Origin: the human T2T-CHM13v2.0 reference genome, Homo sapiens
Assembly: GCF_009914755.1 (NCBI RefSeq)
Contig: NC_060939.1
DNA length: 64,000 nucleotides
Reading direction: 5' to 3' (one strand)
Made by a program: the position numbers and the translations under genes
In this document: one piece after another, positions 1 to 10,800 of the stretch
Position numbering within the stretch: the first letter of the stretch is position 1
How the letters are laid out: each line of letters begins with the position of its first letter
The notes under the pieces: generated by a model
What the model was told of the DNA's origin: nothing
The model's input: only the letters and a program-made list of their open reading frames with translations
The model's database searches: none

Positions 1-44
1 GAGGTTTCTGAGAATGCTTCTGTCTAGATTTTATATGTAGATAT

Positions 45-61
45 TCCCGTTTCCAACGAAA
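45..61 (-). promoter_or_regulatory. CENP-B box, monomer a (representative of about 200 boxes in the window)
   Basis: TCCCGTTTCCAACGAAA is the reverse complement of TTTCGTTGGAAACGGGA and matches YTTCGTTGGAARCGGGA. The total is derived from the unit map: 6 per 11-mer, 7 per 13-mer, 8 per 15-mer, 9 per 17-mer. Confidence 0.97.
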
Positions 62-215
62 TCCTCAAAGCTATCCAAATATCAACTTGCAGATTCTACA
101 AAAGGAATGTTTCCAAAATGCTGTATCCAAACAAAGGTTCAACTCTGTGAATTGAGGGCATACATCACAAAGAAGATTCTGAGAATGCTTCTGTCTAGAT
201 TTTATATGAAAATAT

Positions 216-232
216 TCCCGTTTCCAACGAAA
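216..232 (-). promoter_or_regulatory. CENP-B box, monomer b (only 171 bp from the previous box)
   Basis: Canonical TCCCGTTTCCAACGAAA. Confidence 0.97.
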
Positions 233-557
233 TCCTCAAAGCTATCCAAATATCCACTTGCAAATGCCACAAAAAGAGTGTTTCCAAACTGCTCTGTGAA
301 AAGGAAGGTTCAACTCTGTTAGTTGAGTACACACATCACAAAGAGGTTTCTGAGAATGCTGCTGACTAGTTTTTATTTGAAGATATTTCCCTTTTCACCT
401 TAGGCCTAAGAGTGCTCGAAATGTCCATTTCCACATACTCCACAAAGTGTGTTTCAAACGTGCTGTATGAAAGGGAATGTTCAACTCTATGAGTTGAATG
501 CAAACATCACAAAGAAGATTCTGAGAATGCTTTTGTCTAGATTTTATATGAAGATAT

Positions 558-574
558 TCCCGTGTCCAACGAAA
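558..574 (-). promoter_or_regulatory. Variant CENP-B box, monomer d
   Basis: TCCCGTGTCCAACGAAA differs from consensus at a non-essential position and keeps the 9-nt core NTTCGNNNNANNCGGGN. Confidence 0.85.
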
Positions 575-899
575 TTTTCAAAGGTCTCCAAATATCCATT
601 TGTAGATTCTACAAAAAGAGTGTTTCCAAACTGCTGTATCAAAACAAAGGTTGAACTCTGTGAGTTGAGGACACACATCACAAATAAGTTTCTGAGAATG
701 CTTCTGTCTAGTTTTTATTTGAAGATGTTTCCTTTTTCACCATAGGCCTGAAAGCGCTCGAAATGTCCACTTCCAGATAGTACAGAAAGAGTGTTTCAAA
801 CCTGCTCTATGAACGGGAATGTTCAGCTCTGTGAGTTGAATGCAAACATCACAAAGCAGGTTCTGAGAATGCTTCCGTCTAGATTTTAAATGAGGATAT

Positions 900-916
900 T
901 CCCGTTTCCAACGAAA
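900..916 (-). promoter_or_regulatory. CENP-B box, monomer f
   Basis: Canonical TCCCGTTTCCAACGAAA. Confidence 0.97.
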
Positions 917-1237
917 TCCTCGAAGCTATCCAAATATCCACTTGCAGATTCCACAAAAAGAGTGTTTCAAAACTGCTCTGTCAAAAGATAGGTTCAACTC
1001 TGTTAGTTGAGTACACACATGGCAAACAAGATTGCGAGAATGCTTTCGTCTAGTTTTTTTGGGAAGATATTTCCTTCTTCACCATAGGCCTCAAAGCGCT
1101 CCAAATATCCATTTCCACATGCTATACAAAGAGTGTCTCAAACCTGCTGTATGAATGGGAATGTTCAACTCTATGAGTTGAATGCAAACATCACAAAGCA
1201 GTTTCTGAGAATGCTGCTGTCTACTTTCTATTTGTAA

Positions 1238-1254
1238 TCCCGTTTCCAACGAAA
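1238..1254 (-). promoter_or_regulatory. CENP-B box, monomer j (short ~167-bp monomer)
   Basis: Canonical box after TTTGTAA; it lies 338 bp rather than 342 bp from the previous box. Confidence 0.95.
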
Positions 1255-1579
1255 TCCTCAGAACTATCGAAATTTCCAATTGCAGATTCCACAAAAAGCG
1301 TGTTTCAAAGCTGCTCTGTAAAAAGAAAGGTTCAACTCTGTTAGTTGAATACACACGTCACAAACAAGTTTCTGAGAATGCTTCTGTCTAGTTTTTATGG
1401 GAAGATATTTCCTTTTTCACCGTAGGCCTCAAAGCGCTCCAAATGTCCACTTCCACATACTACAAAAAGAGTGTTTCAAACCTGCTGTATGAAAGGGAAT
1501 GTTCAACTCTATGAGTTGAATGCAAACATTACAAAGAAGTTTCTGAGAATGCTTCTGTCTAGATTTTATATGAAGGTTT

Positions 1580-1596
1580 TCCCGTTTCCAACGAAA
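1580..1596 (-). promoter_or_regulatory. CENP-B box, monomer h (Y allele; the X allele reads TCCCGCTTCCAACGAAA)
   Basis: Both alleles fit YTTCGTTGGAARCGGGA (R = A or G). Confidence 0.95.
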
Positions 1597-3001
1597 TTTT
1601 CAATGCTCTCAAAATATCCACTTGTAGATTCTACAAAAAGAGTGTTTCCAAACTGCTGTGTCAAAAGAAAGGTTCAACTCTGTTAGTTGAGGACACACAT
1701 CACAAATAAGTTTCTGAGAATGCTTCTGTCTAGTTCTTATTTGAAGACATTTCCTTTCTCACCTTAGGCTTGAAAACGCTCGAAATATCCACTTCCAGAT
1801 ACGACAGAAACAGTGATTCAAACCTGCTCTATGAAAGGGAATGTTCAACTAGGTGACTTGAATGCAAACATCACAAAGCAGTTTCTGAGAATGCTGCTGT
1901 CTACTTTCTATTTGTAATCCCGTTTCCAACGAAATCCTCAGAACTATCGAAATTTCCAATTGCAGATTCCACAAAAAGCGTGTTTCAAAGCTGCTCTGTA
2001 AAAAGAAAGGTTCAACTCTGTTAGTTGAATACACACGTCACAAACAAGTTTCTGAGAATGCTTCTGTCTAGTTTTTATGGGAAGATATTTCCTTTTTCAC
2101 CGTAGGCCTCAAAGCGCTCCAAATGTCCACTTCCACATACTACAAAAAGAGTGTTTCAAACCTGCTGTATGAAAGGGAATGTTCAACTCTATGAGTTGAA
2201 TGCAAACATTACAAAGAAGTTTCTGAGAATGCTTCTGTCTAGATTTTATATGAAGGTTTTCCCGTTTCCAACGAAATTTTCAATGCTCTCAAAATATCCA
2301 CTTGTAGATTCTACAAAAAGAGTGTTTCCAAACTGCTGTGTCAAAAGAAAGGTTCAACTCTGTTAGTTGAGGACACACATCACAAATAAGTTTCTGAGAA
2401 TGCTTCTGTCTAGTTCTTATTTGAAGACATTTCCTTTCTCACCTTAGGCTTGAAAACGCTCGAAATATCCACTTCCAGATACGACAGAAACAGTGATTCA
2501 AACCTGCTCTATGAAAGGGAATGTTCAACTAGGTGACTTGAATGCAAACATCACAAAGCAGTTTCTGAGAATGCTGCTGTCTACTTTCTATTTGTAATCC
2601 CGTTTCCAACGAAATCCTCAGAACTATCGAAATTTAGAATTGCAGATTCCACAAAAAGCGTGTTTCAAAGCTGCTCTGTAAAAAGAAAGGTTCAACTCTG
2701 TTAGTTGAATACACACGTCACAAACAAGTTTCTGAGAATGCTTCTGTCTAGTTTTTATGGGAAGATATTTCCTTTTTCACCGTAGGCCTCAAAGCGCTCC
2801 AAATGTCCACTTCCACATACTACAAAAAGAGTGTTTCAAACCTGCTCTATGATAGGGAATGTTGAAACCTATGAGTTGAATGCAAGCATTACAAAGAGGT
2901 TTCTGAGAATGCTTCTGTCTAGATTTTATATGTAGATATTCCCGTTTCCAACGAAATCTTCAAAGCTATCCAAATATCAACTTGCAGATTCTACAAAAGG
3001 A

Positions 3002-4857
3002 ATGTTTCCAAAATGCTGTATCCAAACAAAGGTTCAACTCTGTGAATTGAGGGCATACATCACAAAGAAGATTCTGAGAATGCTTCTGTCTAGATTTTAT
3101 ATGAAAATATTCCCGTTTCCAACGAAATCCTCAAAGCTATCCAAATATCCACTTGCAAATGCCACAAAAAGAGTGTTTCCAAACTGCTCTGTGAAAAGGA
3201 AGGTTCAACTCTGTTAGTTGAGTACACACATCACAAAGAGGTTTCTGAGAATGCTGCTGACTAGTTTTTATTTGAAGATATTTCCCTTTTCACCTTAGGC
3301 CTAAGAGTGCTCGAAATGTCCATTTCCACATACTCCACAAAGTGTGTTTCAAACGTGCTGTATGAAAGGGAATGTTCAACTCTATGAGTTGAATGCAAAC
3401 ATCACAAAGAAGATTCTGAGAATGCTTTTGTCTAGATTTTATATGAAGATATTCCCGTGTCCAACGAAATTTTCAAAGGTCTCCAAATAAAGATTGTTTC
3501 CAAACTGCTGTATCAAAACAAAGGTTGAACTCTGTGAGTTGAGGACACACATCACAAATAAGTTTCTGAGAATGCTTCTGTCTAGTTTTTATTTGAAGAT
3601 GTTTCCTTTTTCACCATAGGCCTGAAAGCGCTCGAAATGTCCACTTCCAGATAGTACAGAAAGAGTGTTTCAAACCTGCTCTATGAACGGGAATGTTCAG
3701 CTCTGTGAGTTGAATGCAAACATCACAAAGCAGGTTCTGAGAATGCTTCCGTCTAGATTTTAAATGAGGATATTCCCGTTTCCAACGAAATCCTCGAAGC
3801 TATCCAAATATCCACTTGCAGATTCCACAAAAAGAGTGTTTCAAAACTGCTCTGTCAAAAGATAGGTTCAACTCTGTTAGTTGAGTACACACATGGCAAA
3901 CAAGATTGCGAGAATGCTTTCGTCTAGTTTTTTTGGGAAGATATTTCCTTCTTCACCATAGGCCTCAAAGCGCTCCAAATATCCATTTCCACATGCTATA
4001 CAAAGAGTGTCTCACACCTGCTGTATGAATGGGAATGTTCAACTCTATGAGTTGAATGCAAACATCACAAAGAAGTTTCTGAGAATGCTTCTGTCTAGAT
4101 TTTATATGAAGGTTTTCCCGCTTCCAACGAAATTTTCAATGCTCTCAAAATATCCTCTTGTAGATTCTACAAAAAGAGTGTTTCCAAACTGCTGTATCAA
4201 AACAAAGGTTCATCTCTGTTAGTTGAGGACACACATCACAAATAAGTTTCTGAGAATGCTTCTGTCTAGTTCTTATTTGAAGACATTTCCTTTCTCACCT
4301 TAGGCCTGAAAGCGCTCGAAATACCCACTTCCAGATACTACAGAAACAGTGATTCAAACCTGCTCTATGAAAGGGAATGTTCAACTATGTGACTTGAATG
4401 CAAACATCACAAAGCAGTTTCTGAGAATGCTGCTGTCTACTTTCTATTTGTAATCCCGTTTCCAACGAAATCCTCAGAACTATCGAAATTTCCAATTGCA
4501 GATTCCACAGAAACAGGGTTTCAAAGCTGCTCTGTAAAAAGAAAGGTTCAACTCTGTTAGTTGAATACACACGTCACAAACAAGTTTCTGAGAATGCTTC
4601 TGTCTAGTTTTTATGGGAAGATATTTCCTTTTTCACGGTAGGCCTCAAAGCGCTCCAAATGTCCACTTCCACATACTACAAAAAGAGTGTTTCAAACCTG
4701 CTCTATGATAGGGAATGTTGAAACCTATGAGTTGAATGCAAGCATTACAAAGAGGTTTCTGAGAATGCTTCTGTCTAGATTTTATATGTAGATATTCCCG
4801 TTTCCAACGAAATCCTCAAAGCTATCCAAATATCAACTTGCAGATTCTACAAAAGGA
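3002..4857 (-). repeat. 11-monomer HOR with 21-bp deletion
   Basis: Spacing 1856 = 1877-21; deletion junction CTCCAAATAAAGATTGTTTCC at 3481-3501. Confidence 0.9.
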
Positions 4858-7800
4858 ATGTTTCCAAAATGCTGTATCCAAACAAAGGTTCAACTCTGTG
4901 AATTGAGGGCATACATCACAAAGAAGATTCTGAGAATGCTTCTGTCTAGATTTTATATGAAAATATTCCCGTTTCCAACGAAATCCTCAAAGCTATCCAA
5001 ATATCCACTTGCAAATGCCACAAAAAGAGTGTTTCCAAACTGCTCTGTGAAAAGGAAGGTTCAACTCTGTTAGTTGAGTACACACATCACAAAGAGGTTT
5101 CTGAGAATGCTGCTGACTAGTTTTTATTTGAAGATATTTCCCTTTTCACCTTAGGCCTAAGAGTGCTCGAAATGTCCATTTCCACATACTCCACAAGGTG
5201 TGTTTCAAACGTGCTGTATGAAAGGGAATGTTCAACTCTATGAGTTGAATGCAAACATCACAAAGAAGATTCTGAGAATGCTTTTGTCTAGATTTTATAT
5301 GAAGATATTCCCGTGTCCAACGAAATTTTCAAAGGTCTCCAAATATCCATTTGTAGATTCTACAAAAAGAGTGTTTCCAAACTGCTGTATCAAAACAAAG
5401 GTTGAACTCTGTGAGTTGAGGACACACATCACAAATAAGTTTCTGAGAATGCTTCTGTCTAGTTTTTATTTGAAGATGTTTCCTTTTTCACCATAGGCCT
5501 GAAAGCGCTCGAAATGTCCACTTCCAGATAGTACAGAAAGAGTGTTTCAAACCTGCTCTATGAACGGGAATGTTCAGCTCTGTGAGTTGAATGCAAACAT
5601 CACAAAGCAGGTTCTGAGAATGCTTCCGTCTAGATTTTAAATGAGGATATTCCCGTTTCCAACGAAATCCTCGAAGCTATCCAAATATCCACTTGCAGAT
5701 TCCACAAAAAGAGTGTTTCAAAACTGCTCTGTCAAAAGATAGGTTCAACTCTGTTAGTTGAGTACACACATGGCAAACAAGATTCCGAGAATGCTTTCGT
5801 CTAGTTTTTTTGGGAAGATATTTCCTTCTTCACCATAGGCCTCAAAGCGCTCCAAATATCCATTTCCACATGCTATACAAAGAGTGTCTCAAACCTGCTG
5901 TATGAATGGGAATGTTCAACTCTATGAGTTGAATGCAAACATCACAAAGAAGTTTCTGAGAATGCTGCTGTCTAGATTTTATATGAAGGTTTTCCCGCTT
6001 CCAACGAAATTTTCAATGCTCTCAAAATATCCTCTTGTAGATTCTACAAAAAGAGTGTTTCCAAACTGCTGTATCAAAACAAAGGTTCATCTCTGTTAGT
6101 TGAGGACACACATCACAAATAAGTTTCTGAGAATGCTTCTGTCTAGTTCTTATTTGAAGACATTTCCTTTCTCACCTTAGGCCTGAAAGCGCTCGAAATA
6201 CCCACTTCCAGATACTACAGAAACAGTGATTCAAACCTGCTCTATGAAAGGGAATGTTCAACTATGTGACTTGAATGCAAACATCACAAAGCAGTTTCTG
6301 AGAATGCTGCTGTCTACTTTCTATTTGTAATCCCGTTTCCAACGAAATCCTCAGAACTATCGAAATTTCCAATTGCAGATTCCACAGAAACAGGGTTTCA
6401 AAGCTGCTCTGTAAAAAGAAAGGTTCAACTCTGTTAGTTGAATACACACGTCACAAACAAGTTTCTGAGAATGCTTCTGTCTAGTTTTTATGGGAAGATA
6501 TTTCCTTTTTCACCGTAGGCCTCAAAGCGCTCCACATGTCCACTTCCACATACTACAAAAAGAGTGTTTCAAACCTGCTGTATGAAAGGGAATGTTCAAC
6601 TCTATGAGTTGAATGCAAACATTACAAAGAAGTTTCTGAGAATGCTTCTGTCTAGATTTTATATGAAGGTTTTCCCGTTTCCAACGAAATTTTCAATGCT
6701 CTCAAAATATCCACTTGTAGATTCTACAAAAAGAGTGTTTCCAAACTGCTGTGTCAAAAGAAAGGTTCAACTCTGTTAGTTGAAGACACACATCACAAAT
6801 AAGTTTCTGAGAATGTTTCTGTCTAGTTCTTATTTGAAGACATTTCCTTTCTCACCTTAGGCCTGAAAACGCTCGAAATATCCACTTCCAGATACGACAG
6901 AAACAGTGATTCAAACCTGCTCTATGAAAGGGAATGTTCAACTAGGTGACTTGAATGCAAACATCACAAAGCAGTTTCTGAGAATGCTGCTGTCTACTTT
7001 CTATTTGTAATCCCGTTTCCAACGAAATCCTCAGAACCATCGAAATTTCCAATTGCAGATTCCACAGAAACAGGGTTTCAAAGCTGCTCTGTAAAAAGAA
7101 AGGTTCAACTCTGTTAGTTGAATACACACGTCACAAACAAGTTTCTGAGAATGCTTCTGTCTAGTTTTTATGGGAAGATATTTCCTTTATCACGGTAGGC
7201 CTCAAAGCGCTCCAAATGTCCACTTCCACATACTACAAAAAGAGTGTTTCAAACCTGCTCTATGATAGGGAATGTTGAAACCTATGAGTTGAATGCAAGC
7301 ATTACAAAGAGGTTTCTGAGAATGCTTCTGTCTAGATTTTATATGTAGATATTCCCGTTTCCAACGAAATCCTCAAAGCTATCCAAATATCAACTTGCAG
7401 ATTCTGCAAAAGGAATGTTTCCAAAATGCTGTATCCAAACAAAGGTTCAACTCTGTGAATTGAGGGCATACATCACAAAGAAGATTCTGAGAATGCTTCT
7501 GTCTAGATTTTATATGAAAATATTCCCGTTTCCAACGAAATCCTCAAAGCTATCCAAATATCCACTTGCAAATGCCACAAAAAGAGTGTTTCCAAACTGC
7601 TCTGTGAAAAGGAAGGTTCAACTCTGTTAGTTGAGTACACACATCACAAAGAGGTTTCTGAGAATGCTGCTGACTAGTTTTTATTTGAAGATATTTCCCT
7701 TTTCACCTTAGGCCTAAGAGTGCTCGAAATGTCCATTTCCACATACTCCACAAAGTGTGTTTCAAACGTGCTGTATGAAAGGGAATGTTCAACTCTATGA

Positions 7801-10800
7801 GTTGAATGCAAACATCACAAAGAAGACTCTGAGAATGCTTTTGTCTAGATTTTATATGAAGATATTCCCTTGTCCAACGAAATTTTCAAAGGTCTCCAAA
7901 TATCCATTTGTAGATTCTACAAAAAGAGTGTTTCCAAACTGCTGTATCAAAACAAAGGTTGAACTCTGTGAGTTGAGGACACACATCACAAATAAGTTTC
8001 TGAGAATGCTTCTGTCTAGTTTTTATTTGAAGATGTTTCCTTTTTCACCATAGGCCTGAAAGCGCTCGAAATGTCCACTTCCAGATAGTACAGAAAGAGT
8101 GTTTCAAACCTGCTCTATGAACGGGAATGTTCAGCTCTGTGAGTTGAATGCAAACATCACAAAGCAGGTTCTGAGAATGCTTCCGTCTAGATTTTAAATG
8201 AGGATATTCCCGTTTCCAACGAAATCCTCGAAGCTATCCAAATATCCACTTGCAGATTCCACAAAAAGAGTGTTTCAAAACTGCTCTGTCAAAAGATAGG
8301 TTCAACTCTGTTAGTTGAGTACACACATGGCAAACAAGATTGCGAGAATGCTTTCGTCTAGTTTTTTTGGGAAGATATTTCCTTCTTCACCATAGGCCTC
8401 AAAGCGCTCCAAATATCCATTTCCACATGCTATACAAAGAGTGTCTCAAACCTGCTGTATGAATGGGAATGTTCAACTCTATGAGTTGAATGCAAACATC
8501 ACAAAGAAGTTTCTGAGAATGCTGCTGTCTAGATTTTATATGAAGGTTTTCCCGCTTCCAACGAAATTTTCAATGCTCTCAAAATATCCTCTTGTAGATT
8601 CTACAAAAAGAGTGTTTCCAAACTGCTGTATCAAAACAAAGGTTCATCTCTGTTAGTTGAGGACACACATCACAAATAAGTTTCTGAGAATGCTTCTGTC
8701 TAGTTCTTATTTGAAGACATTTCCTTTCTCACCTTAGGCCTGAAAGCGCTCGAAATACCCACTTCCAGATACTACAGAAACAGTGATTCAAACCTGCTTT
8801 ATGAAAGGGAATGTTCAACTATGTGACTTGAATGCAAACATCACAAAGCAGTTTCTGAGAATGCTGCTGTCTACTTTCTATTTGTAATCCCGTTTCCAAC
8901 GAAATCCTCAGAACTATCGAAATTTCCAATTGCAGATTCCACAGAAACAGGGTTTCAAAGCTGCTCTGTAAAAAGAAAGGTTCAACTCTGTTAGTTGAAT
9001 ACACACGTCACAAACAAGTTTCTGAGAATGCTTCTGTCTAGTTTTTATGGGAAGATACTTCCTTTTTCACCGTAGGCCTCAAAGCGCTCCAAATGTCCAC
9101 TTACACATACTACAAAAAGAGTGTTTCAAACCTGCTGTATGAAAGGGAATGTTCAACTCTATGAGTTGAATGCAAACATTACAAAGAAGTTTCTGAGAAT
9201 GCTTCTGTCTAGATTTTATATGAAGGTTTTCCCGTTTCCAACGAAATTTTCAATGCTCTCAAAATATCCACTTGTAGATTCTACAAAAAGAGTGTTTCCA
9301 AACTGCTGTGTCAAAAGAAAGGTTCAACTCTCTTAGTTGAGGACACACATCACAAATAAGTTTCTGAGAATGCTTCTGTCTAGTTCTTATTTGAAGACAT
9401 TTCCTTTCTCACCTTAGGCCTGAAAACGCTCGAAATATCCACTTCCAGATACGACAGAAACAGTGATTCAAACCTGTTCTATGAAAGGGAATGTTCAACT
9501 AGGTGACTTGAATGCAAACATCACAAAGCAGTTTCTGAGAATGCTGCTGTCTACTTTCTATTTGTAATCCCGTTTCCAACGAAATCCTCAGAACTATCGA
9601 AATTTCCAATTGCAGATTCCACAGAAACAGGGTTTCAAAGCTGCTCTGTAAAAAGAAAGGTTCAACTCTGTTAGTTGAATACACACGTCACAAACAAGTT
9701 TCTGAGAATGCTTCTGTCTAGTTTTTATGGGAAGATATTTCCTTTTTCACGGTAGGCCTCAAAGCGCTCCAAATGTCCACTTCCACATACTACAAAAAGA
9801 GTGTTTCAAACCTGCTCTATGATAGGGAATGTTGAAACCTATGAGTTGAATGCAAGCATTACAAAGAGGTTTCTGAGAATGCTTCTGTCTAGATTTTATA
9901 TGTAGATATTCCCGTTTCCAACGAAATCCTCAAAGCTATCCAAATATCAACTTGCAGATTCTACAAAAGGAATGTTTCCAAAATGCTGTATCCAAACAAA
10001 GGTTCAACTCTGTGAATTGAGGGCATACATCACAAAGAAGATTCTGAGAATGCTTCTGTCTAGATTTTATATGAAAATATTCCCGTTTCCAACGAAATCC
10101 TCAAAGCTATCCAAATATCCACTTGCAAATGCCACAAAAAGAGTGTTTCCAAACTGCTCTGTGAAAAGGAAGGTTCAACTCTGTTAGTTGAGTACACACA
10201 TCACAAAGAGGTTTCTGAGAATGCTGCTGACTAGTTTTTATTTGAAGATATTTCCCTTTTCACCTTAGGCCTAAGAGTGCTCGAAATGTCCATTTCCACA
10301 TACTCCACAAAGTGTGTTTCAAACGTGCTGTATGAAAGGGAATGTTCAACTCTATGAGTTGAATGCAAACATCACAAAGAAGACTCTGAGAATGCTTTTG
10401 TCTAGATTTTATATGAAGATATTCCCGTGTCCAACGAAATTTTCAAAGGTCTCCAAATATCCATTTGTAGATTCTACAAAAAGAGTGTTTCCAAACTGCT
10501 GTATCAAAACAAAGGTTGAACTCTGTGAGTTGAGGACACACATCACAAATAAGTTTCTGAGAATGCTTCTGTCTAGTTTTTATTTGAAGATGTTTCCTTT
10601 TTCACCATAGGCCTGAAAGCGCTCGAAATGTCCACTTCCAGATAGTACAGAAAGAGTGTTTCAAACCTGCTCTATGAACGGGAATGTTCAGCTCTGTGAG
10701 TTGAATGCAAACATCACAAAGCAGGTTCCGAGAATGCTTCCGTCTAGATTTTAAATGAGGATATTCCCGTTTCCAACGAAATCCTCGAAGCTATCCAAAT

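Larger units (their letters stand above)
107..3001 (-). repeat. 17-monomer HOR variant (core7 + j,k dimer + two Y-type 4-mer cassettes)
   Basis: Marker spacing 3002-107 = 2895 = 1197+338+680+680. Boundaries are phase-marker positions, not canonical monomer starts. Confidence 0.9.

Noticed and set aside
558-574. Monomer-d box TCCCGTGTCCAACGAAA as a non-functional CENP-B box
   Set aside because: The change is outside the nine essential positions, so loss of binding cannot be claimed.
1091-1354. Longer 87-aa minus-strand ORF as a novel chimeric gene (also at 15369, 18264, 21159)
   Set aside because: It is a by-product of the g-to-j junction removing a stop codon; it is useful only as a marker of the 13/17-mers.
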